Positions 1 through 11,845 of a stretch of DNA of 64,000 nt are shown here, piece after piece. Position numbers and translations under genes: made by a program. The stretch lies in assembly GCA_951406725.2 (NCBI GenBank), contig OX597815.1:88846001-88910000 (forward strand), written 5' to 3'. How positions within the stretch are numbered: position 1 is the first letter of the stretch; each line of letters begins with the position of its first letter. This stretch comes from Octopus vulgaris. Its lineage: Eukaryota. Below the pieces are notes generated by a model. That model was not told the origin of the DNA. It saw nothing but the letters and a program-made list of their open reading frames with translations, and made no database searches.

Positions 1-788
1 GAAAGAGAGCGAGTGAAGATCGCGCGAGAGTAAGATAAAGATGAAGTAGGATGGAAAAGAAAATATTTCATACTACTTCGCATAATTGCCTATTATTTTC
101 AAACTATTCTTAAGAAATTTAGCACACGGACATCCTCTTTGTAAACGCCAAACAATACAGCACAAAAATATAAAACAAAGCCCTCAAAAAACTATATTAG
201 AGGAAAATGTTAGTGTCTGTTACATAAATCCTAGAAAATTGGATGGTTGAGAATAAATGATTGAGAGATAAAATTGTTTATGTTAATTACGAATAAATTC
301 TCAGGATAATTGGTTATTGTGTCAGTTAGGGAATGTGCAATTTAACCATTGGGAAAATACATTAATTGGCAACAGATCGAAGCGTGGTGTGTTTGAATAA
401 ACAGAAGACGACCAATGAACTAATATTTCGAATTGTTAGAACCACTGATCCGTAAAACTGCCCATTGTTTCGAAAATTAGCCGATTCAATGAAGATAGAT
501 TGATCCAACATCATGATTAATAAACGTTTAAAAGTTATTGGAAAGTTTTCGAGAATACTTTACGAGCGCTGTTGAAAAGTTTTAATGGCATTAATGGAAA
601 GTTTTAATTACCATTCTATTAACGTTTAATAAACTAAGGAATGGAAGCAAAATGTGGTGAAGTATTATTCTATATATTGAATGAGTTAATCGAGAAATAT
701 ATAAATTCTGTATTGCATTTATACAAACATATATCAATTCCTAGAAACACCACACAAATGCACGCAATAGTGTACACACACATACACT

Positions 789-819
<31 letters not shown>

Positions 820-1426
820 GCACACACACCCACACACACGCACGCACACACACAAACAAACACATACACACACACACTGTCTCTCATACAATTGCTGGGT
901 TTCGACGATCGGACAATACACATAACTTTCCAAACCAGTAAGCATATTGTTGTCAGGAAAGATATGATATGAGAAGGAACAAAATTCTAAAAGATGTTCT
1001 GGGAAGAGAAAAAAATATAGAAACATTGGTTAATGCGTGGCTTGGACATAACATGGGTGATGAGTAGAGGAGAGACGAGTGTGCCAGGATGGTGAAGGTA
1101 AGGGACCAACCAGTTCTGTGGGACGGGGGGTGGGGTGCCATTACAGAAGGCAGTAAAAACGACAGAGCGAGAAGAAAACACGCCCGAGTAAGAGACTGGA
1201 GTGTGTTCAGCGACTGGCTGTTGCATGCAGGTTTAGGATGTCCCTTTGTGTAGCAGCAGCTCTTTCTCAAATTTGGAGTGTTGTGTTCCGTTTCAGGCCT
1301 TGTTGAATGCTGGCAGCTTATATAGGTTGAACAATTTTGAGGTTGTTAATAAAGGAACCAGTCTTTGGGATGTGCCCTCTGCAATGATAAGCGTGTGCTT
1401 TCCCCAGAAGAGATATTAGATATTAG

Positions 1427-1657
1427 GGCGGCGAGTTGGCAGAAACGTTAGCACGCCGGGCGAAATGCTTAGCGATATTTCGTCTGCCGTTATGTTCTGG
1501 GTTCAAATTCCGCCGAGGTTGACTTTACCTTTCCTCCTTTCGGGGTCGATTAAATAAGTACCAGTTACGCACTGGGGTCGATATAATCGACCTAATCCAT
1601 TTGACTATCCTTGTTTGTCCCCTCTGTGTGTAGCCCCTTGTGGGTAGTAAAGAAATA
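1427..1657 (+). mobile_element. tRNA-derived SINE family B, Tx1-tail variant, full length with TSD
   Basis: Head GGCGGCGAGTTGGCAGAA (A-box-like), GGTTCAAATTCC (B-box), central CTTTCCTCCTTTCGGGGTCGAT..AAGTACCAG; 16-bp TSD AGAAGAGATATTAGAT at 1406-1421 and 1658-1673. Confidence 0.9.
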
Positions 1658-2559
1658 AGAAGAGATATTAGATGATTGAGAAGCCCGGTTTGCGACGCGA
1701 CAGTCAGGGCGGCTCGTGTTTAGAGAGAGTATGGTTCGGTGAGGTTTTCTCAGTATAAGTAGAGCTTGATTTACTTTGTGTCACAAGATTGACATGGCTC
1801 CACTGAAGCATATTTCAAGGTCTCCGTTTATAAAATCCATGCAACTTTATCGTGTAGTGTTTAGGTTACGTAGGGATAATGCAGAGTAGAGGGAAGTTAT
1901 GAATGAATGTCGATCGTATCATCGCATAAGCGGAGTGACTCCAGAGTCTTGTGGTTTGGAAGCAGACTTTTTACTACACAATCACCCCTGAGCCTATCCA
2001 TACGTATGAATGCATACACGTGAATGTATGTATATAGATGTGCAAACATTGCTTTATACATATATGCAGGGTAATCAATCATATGTCCAGTGAATACACA
2101 CACGTACACACACGCACACAAATGCAAATACAAGCACAAACTCTCATTCTCTCTAATACAGAGACAGACGCACTCATCCTGACTTTTTTGAGAGTCCTTT
2201 CGTTCATTGAAACTCTCACACACATTTACTCAAGACATTATACGTACATTTCTATATAAATATATGTTGCTACATATTCTAAAGCCTTTTCATCTTATTT
2301 TCAGTATTATTCGTATAATTTATTTGGCTTCCGTTGCTGACTAAAAATGTTACAACAGTAAAGACTTAGAATTTGTAAGGTTTCAAATCGAGAAATTGAG
2401 AACATCAAAATTATCAAAAACGAATGCAGTTGGGTGTTGACTATAAAATATCTAAATATACCATATTTCTAAGATATAAACATGCAAACCTATCCTCTGG
2501 TACATACAAGCGTGACGTATACCTTTATAAATAAAGATATATAATTACACATACACACT

Positions 2560-2590
<31 letters not shown>

Positions 2591-2661
2591 GTACATGTGC
2601 ATACATATATAAACACATGTATATATATATATATATATATACACATACATACATACGTACT

Positions 2662-2693
<32 letters not shown>

Positions 2694-2821
2694 TATACAT
2701 GCATATATATATATATATATATATATATAATGATAAATATCAAAGTGAGTTATATACAGTAGCGGTAACACATCGTGACGTATATTTGCCATCTCAATAT
2801 GGCTACCCCTAAGGGTGGATG

Positions 2822-2882
<61 letters not shown>

Positions 2883-2981
2883 AGTTAACAAGCTATCATT
2901 AAAAAATGTCCCCACCAAAGTTAACAAAGAACTTATCAGGTCTACAAACCAAATTGTAAAATTATAATATTAAAAAATTAA

Positions 2982-3170
2982 ATCATCATCATCATTTAGC
3001 GTCTGTTTAGCTGGTATGGGTTGGACGTCTTGACTGAGGACTGGCAAGCCAGTGAGCTGCACCAGGCTCCAATCTTATCTGGCAAAGTTACTACAGCTAG
3101 ATGCCCTTCCTAACGTCAACCACTCCGAAAGTGAAGTGGGTGCTTTTTACGTGCCACCGGAATCGGAGCT
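2982..3170 (-). mobile_element. 3' fragment of an RTE-related SINE/retroposon with (ATG)n tail
   Basis: Minus strand has GGTTGACGTTAGGAAGGGCATCTAGCTGTAG and ends in (GAT)n. Confidence 0.55.
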
Positions 3171-3172
3171 AA

Positions 3173-3235
<63 letters not shown>

Positions 3236-3689
3236 GTATGTGTGTGTGTCTTTGTGTGTGTGTATACGTATATACCTAACGAAAGATACAGACCGTATAA
3301 AAGTGCTCAAGTTGAGCCTGAGACTTTAGATAATTATGATAAATGGAATGGAGAAAGTTCAAATCAGGTAAACCACAGTGAACACATATGTATACGGATT
3401 AATACAAATAATAATTGTACAAAAAACATATACTGATATATGAAAAATACATATCAAAACACATATAAACATATAAAAATGTATGAATGTTAAAAATATA
3501 TATGGACATATAAATATATGAAAATACAAACATAGTAATAATATAATGAAGTACAGGATTGTACATAAAAAAAAAAACGTTTTTTTTAAATAGAAAGAAA
3601 AAATATATCGTGAAGAGAAAATAATAGGCGTCGAAAAAATATTTTAGGTTATATAAAAAAAATTTCTTACGACCAAATAATTTCTCTTT

Positions 3690-4040
3690 TTCTAGATTTA
3701 GAGTGGGTTACCACATTAAGGTGTTCAGATATAGATGGGACTACATTTAGTACGGTTACTAAGATGAAGGTTATGAAGTTTGGTATGGTTAAAGTTCTTT
3801 CGTATATTTTTATAATTTAAAGAAGGAATCGTGTTAGTAATTTCAAGATTAATGTCAGATGAGAGATTAGCTGATTATTTGATTTTGAATCTGGTATCAG
3901 GAATGCAGAAAATATGATCATGAAAGCCGCTTGATTTTAGGGCTTGATTATAAAATGGGGTACGTGCATTAAAGATCTCCTCGTTTGCTGATAGGCAGGA
4001 GATCCTGAAAGAGATAGCCTTAATAATACTACATAAGGTT
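3690..4040 (-). mobile_element. Penelope-like element fragment (RT thumb region)
   Basis: ORF 3875-4174 contains IIKAISFRISCLSANEEIFNARTPFYNQALKSSGF, resembling PLE thumb (ISxRLSxxSSNEExF..YxxALKxSGY). Confidence 0.65.
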
Positions 4041-4045
4041 AGGGT

Positions 4046-4069
<24 letters not shown>

Positions 4070-4077
<8 letters not shown>

Positions 4078-4204
4078 AATATGAGAGAGAGACCACTACC
4101 CTAGTGCTAAAAATAGATCCACTATGGTATAGATATACCATAGTGGATCTATTTTTAGCACTAGGGTAGACCACATTGTGGTCTCTCTCTCATATTTATG
4201 TATA
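4070..4204. repeat. ~135-bp near-perfect palindrome next to (TA)n
   Basis: Inner arms 4096-4131/4134-4169 (2-nt loop), outer arms 4070-4096/4178-4204, 8-nt bulge at 4170-4177. Confidence 0.95.
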
Positions 4205-4302
4205 AATTTGTATTGTATCCCTGGTTTTTATGTGCTAAGCCACTTGGTGTTAATTGGATGGTATTATTAAATTAATATCAAATTTTTCACCCACATTTAT
4301 AA

Positions 4303-4362
<60 letters not shown>

Positions 4363-5209
4363 GCATACATACATTTCATTCAAACAGAGTTAGCGGTTGT
4401 GAATCCAACCAACTAAGGGGTAGTATCTATACAAATATACTGCTGGTAATTTATCCAATTATTAATACACAAATGTTGGTTGTTGCGTGGCAATACACTA
4501 TTGAGCGTAATAAATGGGCGAGGGTAAAAAGTGGTTTACCCTTAATTTATACGGCAAGAAGAAAATGGAGGGCATCCAGAGATAGTATACCATCGACGTC
4601 CTGTACCTATATATGCATATATGAGTACAGGACGTCGCCATCAGTAAACAACATGAAATACGAAAACAAATGACTTCAGTACACAAACAACGAGAGAAAC
4701 AAATGGAAAACAGGACAAGTAACACAAACAATGACACTTCATCAGTTGTCGGCTGTCTATCAACTCCTCATTTCGAGCATTGAACAACAATATGAGTCTT
4801 CGATGACAGCTGCTCCCATAAATACCAAAATAAAATTTTGGATTTATGGAGGGTCGTTCTGGTCTAACGATCCTCCATGTTTGTTTTCGTTCGGTTTCCT
4901 TGTATGCCTCCACTGTTCTGTTGTTATTCCCAACTACACACTACACTTTGATCATCCCAGGAATACGGATTGAAATCTTAAGAAACGCAGCATAGCGATT
5001 CTTTCATTGTTTATAAATTCCTTCCAAGGATTATTGTTATTATTACTATATTTATCCTACATTGTATCAGTACAGCTCCATGCAACACAAAAATACTGGT
5101 TCACCAGTCAGCATCATTAGACTGTGACCGACATACGAGCTTTATTTGCATATTCAAAATGTTTCCCGGGAACAAATTCAAAAGACTCCCCTCCACACAT
5201 AGACATATA

Positions 5210-5375
5210 TTCATTTATTCTTTTACTTGTTTCAACACAGACTTGAAAGGGCTTAGATAATTGAGTAAATACGAGTTGAACAAATCGACCACAAGGCATT
5301 TCTCTAAGCCTAGTACTTATCCTATTAGTGTATTTTGCCGAACAGCTAAGTTACGGTGACGTAAGCACACCAACA
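5210..5375 (-). mobile_element. SINE family A, degenerate 3' half
   Basis: Reverse complement of family A 3' part (GTAACTTAGC..ATAAGTACTAGGCTTA..GAAACAAGTAAAAGA). Confidence 0.75.
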
Positions 5376-5687
5376 CACACTGATAAATATATATATCTTT
5401 TAACTTTGTTTATGGTAACATTTTGGATATAAAAATAAAGCTACTATTCCATTATGCCGGCCATCGTTTTATTAGTGTCTTCTATTATAGCCTTGTTCCA
5501 ACAAAAGCCTTGCGAGAGGATTTCGTATACAGAAACTGAAAGAAGCTGTAGTATATATATATATATATATCACCGTGATCACCGTGACCGACCAGGCCAT
5601 CAGATGTTGCTACACATCGCTGGTCACAATGCGCTTCGCATTGTTTTTGCCTTCAAATGACGCCACCCCGCTCGCTAAGCGAGGAGG

Positions 5688-5757
<70 letters not shown>

Positions 5758-5845
5758 CGCATATATATATATATGAGTGTGTGTATATATGTATATATTA
5801 TTTATATGATATATATATGTGTGTGTGTATATATATGATAATAAT

Positions 5846-5910
<65 letters not shown>

Positions 5911-5919
5911 AAGAAGATG

Positions 5920-6480
5920 AAGAACCCCAGGATGAAATTTATAAACATTTAATGCATCGCTACGCGCGTTTCCGGAAATCACGTGACTTTTAAGATCATA
6001 ATCCGTGTTCCTGGGATCATTACAATGTAGTCCGTAGTATCCGTGGACACCCGGTTTATCATCATCATCGATTCGTTTCTTGAGACAAAATAGCATTAGT
6101 GGATGAACCACTGAGTGACATTTTTCTCTTTTTACCAGTATGAGGATCAAGCGAGTTAGGGTATTTCTTTGTGTATTTGGAGGGGTGGAGCAGAAGGTGA
6201 TGAAAATAGAAGAAAGAATGTTAGTTATATTGGGATGGAGGTGTGTCTGTTGTAGTATTGGATTTATTTTGCTATCGATTCAGCAGATTTCAAGGATGAG
6301 TAGTACATTCTTTTGTTTGATTTCATTCAGAACTCAACAGGGGTAAAGTACTGTTGCTATGCAGTGGGGTTTGTTAACTGAAATTAATACTACTTTCTTA
6401 TGGTGACCTCTTCACTGTTTTTGTTGGTAAACATAGGATCAAAACATCATTCATGGAGTTTGAAAAATATATTTTGAAAG
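5920..6480 (-). mobile_element. Probable decayed PLE 3' end / terminal repeat
   Basis: 5925-6030 is an inverted homolog of 4930-5035 (CCCAGGAAYACGGATT...GAAACGC..TAGCGAT..TGTTTATAAATT); minus strand has GAAACGCGCGTA, like a minimal hammerhead 3' half. Confidence 0.35.
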
Positions 6481-6599
6481 GAAATATAGGAAATTATAGA
6501 GAAGCGAAGGAAGCGAAACAAATAAAGAAACCAACCAATATTTGAGATGCTATACACTATACCAACAAAAACAGTGAAGCGGTTACCATAAGAAAGTAG

Positions 6600-6756
6600 C
6601 TTACTTCAATTTCAGTGTACCAGATCCACTCACAAGGCTTTGTTCCGCCCGAGGTTATAGTAGAAGACACTTGACCAAGATTCCATGCTGTGAGACTGGA
6701 ACCGGAACCATGTGGTCGGAAAGCAAGCTTCTTACCACACAGCCATGCCTGCGCCT
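6600..6756 (-). mobile_element. SINE family A, 5' half
   Basis: Reverse complement of tRNA-like head GGCGCAGGCATGGCTGTGTGGTAAGAAGCTTGC..GGTTCCGGTTCCAGTC. Confidence 0.85.
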
Positions 6757-6869
6757 ATATATATTATATATACATAGTTATATATACATAAATATATACT
6801 GACATATAGACATGCATACATAAATATACACATATATGTACATACATATACAAATATATATTTACATGA

Positions 6870-6870
<1 letters not shown>

Positions 6871-6942
<72 letters not shown>
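6871..6942. repeat. (TCTA)n microsatellite, 5' flank of Tx1-like LINE
   Basis: Direct reading. Confidence 0.98.
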
Positions 6943-8094
6943 ACTGGAAAAATCAGTGGGCTTGCGGCTCGGCACCTGGAGAAGCAAGCCCATGCCGTCC
7001 ACCAGCGCCTCCGTCGTGGGACGCTGGCCCGACGCTCCGGTCGAGTTGCTCGGGGTCTGGTTTGGCCAGGACCTCCAAATGGAGAAGAACTGGAACGAGA
7101 TAACGAGTAGGGTGGTCACTCCCGCCCAGCAATGGACCAAGAGGAAACTGTCTTTAAAAGGTCGGGCAGAGGTGGCGAACACGTACATTGCGTCCATCAT
7201 CTACTACCGCCTGACCGTCGTGCCTTGTCCTGACCCTACCATCACCAAACTAGTACGCATTCTCTTCCGCTTCTTGTGGAAAGGATGCGTCCCGATGGTC
7301 AGGAAATCCATTTGCTGTCAACACCCGTTAAAAGGAGGACTGGGCATGCCGTGGTTGATGATGCGCAGACACGCGCTGAAACTGCGACATCTCTGGCTCT
7401 ACGGAGACGACGGTGAACAAGTGTGGTCGCCGTTTGTGAGGCACGCTTTCCCGCAGCTTGTCTCCATGGCCGACCTGCAGTCGTGGATTAAATAGAGGCC
7501 GAGGAAGGGCAAATGGCACGCGAGTGTCACGTTGCTCTCAAGCAACTATGCCGTCCCGGGTCGACCTTGAGCGACTTCAACACAACTAAAGCATTCTATA
7601 GGAGATTAGTGGAGGAGAGGTACGACGACGATCTCGGGGCGAACCTGGGCGTCGACGAGGAATACCTGACTCGCCTGTTCAAGACGACTTTCGGGCCGGG
7701 ACCTATAGATAACTTCCTTGGGTGAATGTAGCAAGGATGGCCCGTATGAATGACGAAGCCACCTTGAGCACAATCCTTTGAACCCGGAAAAATTAAAAAC
7801 AGAGTGTTACTTACTTCCAAAATAAATGTGTTTACGTGTGACGTTATTGACCGAGGTTACCATAGGCTTTTCTTTCCACAGATAAACCTTACCTGTTTCC
7901 CCCTTTACACTTTACATCATGACATTTCTACATTTCTGTGATACACGATCCCTATTGATCGTTCTTTCTTCTTTTTTTATTACGATCCCTTTTGATCGAA
8001 AACCTACCCCACCTTTTTTTCTCCTCAGAAAGAAAAGCTCTACTTTGTAATTTGTCCCCTGTGTGTTCAGCCCTGTGTGGCTAATAAAGAAACA
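6943..8094 (+). mobile_element. 5'-truncated Tx1/L1-clade LINE, ORF2 C-terminal part plus 3' UTR
   Basis: ORF 6956-7495: LLGVWFG, WTKRKLSLKGRAEVANTYIASIIYYRL, LFRFLWKG, PLKGGLGMP; premature stop and frameshift; (TCTA)n on both sides. Confidence 0.92.
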
Positions 8095-8269
<175 letters not shown>

Positions 8270-9110
8270 ATACACACACATGTAATAGTCAAATATTTTC
8301 GTGCTAGTAGCATATTTAATCATTTACTTAGTTTGATCTATATAAAGTTTCTCTGTTCGTTTTTTTTCTACTTATCTCTCTGTATACTACTAAAACTCTG
8401 TGATTGCTTTTGCTTGCTTGCGTGATTGCTTGCCTGTGTTCTTGCCTGTATTTTAATATAGCCAAAGCGGCGCATAATGGGAGAATACTCTGAAAGTAAG
8501 GAACCCCTGAAATATGAATACGAACGGAATAAAACAAATATTCAGACCACGGATTCATGAAAATCACAGTTTTTGGGGGTACCTTCATAAATAGCTACTC
8601 CGAAAGTAACATAACCCTGAATATATAATACTGTGAAAACTGTTTTCATTAATTTTATGTTTACATTGTATAAGAATTCCTTTTGCATTTTTGTAGAAAT
8701 GTGCACATATGTCATAAATAAATGCTGTTACTAGAGCTCAGGTTTTCCTCAGAAGTTCTGTTTTTATTAGATGCTATAAATAATCAATAAAACCTTAAAC
8801 ATGAAGTTGTAAATTTTGAATGATGACACGAATCATCATAAAATTAACTTTCATTTCAATGCAATGCTGAAATCAGCTTCAATGCTTTATAACCTGAAAC
8901 GTCAGTGACCCAACGGTCACGGTTAGTCTAGTTGCTTTATAAGGAGATATTCGCTTTCAATTTTGGCTTTCAATTCTTATTTTCTATTACCCTGTTATTT
9001 TCTTTTTAGCTTTTATATTAATTTCCTCTACTAAATTCTGTTAGGCACTATCTTTTTACCTTTCTTCCTGTTGCAATATTATATAAATATATAGTTTTAT
9101 TTCAATATTA

Positions 9111-9505
9111 TAGGCGTAGGAGTGGCTGTGTGGTAAGTAGCTTGCTTACGTACCACATGGTTCCGGGTTCAGTCCCACTGCGTGACACCTTGGGCAAGTG
9201 TCTTCTACTCTAGCCTCGGGCCGACCAAAGCATTGTGAGTGGATTTGGTAGACAGAAACTGAAAGAATCCTGTCGTATATATGTATATATATATATATGT
9301 ATGTGTGTGTATATGTTTGTGTGTCTGTGTTTGCCCCCCTCCCCAGCATCGCTTGACAGCCGATGCTGGTGTGTTACGTCACCGTAACTTAGCGGTTCGG
9401 CAAAAGAGACCGATAGAATAAGTACTAGGTTTACAAAAAATAAGTCCTGGGGGTCGATTTGCTCGACTAAAATGGTGAAAGAAGTAAAAGAGTAAAAGAG
9501 AGTAA
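9111..9505 (+). mobile_element. tRNA-derived SINE family A (CORE-like), near full length
   Basis: Head GGCGTAGGAGTGGCTGTGTGGTAAG, B-box-like GGTTCAGTCCC, CORE-like ACCTTGGGCAAGTG, internal (TA)/(TG) tract, (AAAAGAGT)n tail; many copies in window. Confidence 0.92.
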
Positions 9506-10045
9506 ATGAATATAAAGTGATTAGTTATTTGTTCTTTCTGTGTAGTCGGCGTGTCCTCAATCTCTCAACTGTTTTTTTACACAACTTATTACAACTTCCC
9601 TGTCTATTAACATTTTAAAATCTAATAGTAAACCTCAATACACTGTCTCTGGTATCTGTGGCAGCCCTAGACGACCTAGTAATGTGACAGATTTCATTCC
9701 TTTTTGAAGGTCATACCTACTATTTTATAAAAATTCTAACTTCTACTACTATTCTCCTTTTCTATTTTGTCTGTGTAGTACTAGTCAGACATTTACTTAA
9801 CATAGATGACCCAGTTTTCAAATAATACCAATTTGATGAAATTCCTTTCGTTTGGCAGTCAGTTCATTGTGGCTCTGAGGACGATAAGGTAGGGTGATTG
9901 TTCTCTATATTTTTTCAATCGATCGATCATGGATCGATCGATCAAGACGACTGAACAATTGAACAAAATTCCTCCAAGACTTATCCCAAACATTTGTAAG
10001 CTTAAAATAAATGTATAAAATCCATTACCTGCATGTATTTTTGAT

Positions 10046-10101
<56 letters not shown>

Positions 10102-10240
10102 AGATATATATGTATGTATATATATATGTATAGATATATATATGTATATATATATACATATATATATATGTATAGATATATATATGTATGTATATATATA
10201 TATATGTATGTATGTATATATATATGTATGTATGTATATA

Positions 10241-10296
<56 letters not shown>

Positions 10297-10547
10297 CACA
10301 TATATATATACATACATGTGTGTTTGCAGGAATGTGTGTATGAATACTAACAGATTTTCGTATATATATATATGTTAATCACATAATGCTATTATTCTCG
10401 ATTGAATCCAAATCATACATTCACACATGTGTATATAACTACACACGTACGAAAATCTGTTCGTATTCATACACGCATTCCTACAAACACACACGCGCAT
10501 ACACACGCACGTACACACACACACACACACATATACACACATATATA

Positions 10548-10612
<65 letters not shown>

Positions 10613-11804
10613 TTTGTACTCATGTTTACAAGGTAAAATGATTTACGACATATCCTCTAGATATTGGGGTGCTCTTCTCATCTGACATTATCAATTTAGT
10701 TCCTATTTTTGCTCATACTTCTAGCTGCATCTAGAACACAGCATAAAATATATGTATGTATTTTCAATTTATGTCACTTGCCATGTCATTTTAACTGCAC
10801 ATGCGAAAGCTCCCACAAAATATTCCTACGTATATGCATGTGTTTCTATTCTCCCTCTCTGTCTCTCTCTCTCACACATACACCTGCACATACATATATT
10901 ATTAATACAGTCTACCGGTTCAGTAAACGTATCTTAGGCTTACAAGTCCATATACGTAAAATATTATTTTAATGCTTTCGTTGCTTATGGATCTATTTTC
11001 AGTCCCCAATGAGATAGAGATCTTAATGTGAGATCACGTGATTGAAAGTGACAGAATTGATCAAGGAACACAACTCTTTTTATATTCATCAAAATATTGG
11101 TGGGTTGTAGATGTGTCGATTGGTGCATGGTGAATTGGCTAGTTGCCCTATTCTTGTTTGTTTAGGTTGTATATGTATGTCCTTGCGTAGTGAGTGTGCA
11201 CGCTTTACATAATACTTGTAGATTCTTATGGGTATAGGCTCGTGGGTTTATGTGTATGGGCGGGTTAATTTTTGTAGCTGTTTAAGGTGTGTATGTATTG
11301 GCTAGATATTGAAGTTATGTGGTTATTACACAATATTTTCCAACAGATAGGGACTTGATGTGTTATCATCTGCTGGTAATCTCATTCTTGTTGCTCAGGT
11401 ATTTATTATTGGATGTTAATATCTGTAATATCTATAATATCTGACACTTCTCAGTAAGGCAAGGAGCACATCGCTTTGTTCCTCTGATACACGGCCTGCA
11501 ACATAGTCACATATTTCTTTCCACATTCTGTTAGGCTGGTTTCAACTTCATACACTATAAAATGTCGATTCCATACACTATAGACTTCATTTAGCAATCA
11601 TCTAGCGGTCAGTAATCCTTTATTGTGAAGGAACATTTTATACACACACAAGCCCGCGCCCACACAGGCAGGCGCGCGCACACAAGCACACACACGCATA
11701 TACCCTTTCATGTATATATATATATATGTATACATAATTTCCACTCATGTACATACACGTAAACACAATACACATTCATATATACCCATTCATGTAAATA
11801 TATA

Positions 11805-11845
<41 letters not shown>

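Noticed and set aside
1030-1900. Possible PLE remnants at 1.0-1.9, 11.1-11.5, 31.9-32.2 and 37.4-37.8 kb, and a Dong remnant at 12.4-12.7 kb
   Set aside because: Only faint motif resemblance; too decayed to support without a profile search
4036-4047. Telomere-like AGGTTAGGGTTA at a PLE junction
   Set aside because: Fewer than two full units; explainable by chance or by coding sequence
4735-4790. Minus-strand GAAA...CTGATGA as a type II hammerhead
   Set aside because: No stem III or NUH triplet could be placed
5940-6030. GAAACGCGCGTA as a functional hammerhead
   Set aside because: The CTGANGA box is missing or degenerate here and in the 4930-5035 homolog; at best a relic
8445-8620. Two apparent minus-strand small exons (GYVTFGVAIYE; GSLLSEYSPIMRRFGYIKIQ)
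   Set aside because: The two segments are imperfect copies of each other (TTACTTTC.GAGTA), more like a transposon subterminal repeat; donors are weak or GC-type
9111-9185. tRNA gene calls at SINE heads
   Set aside because: A/B-box-like motifs run into SINE bodies and no full cloverleaf is evident
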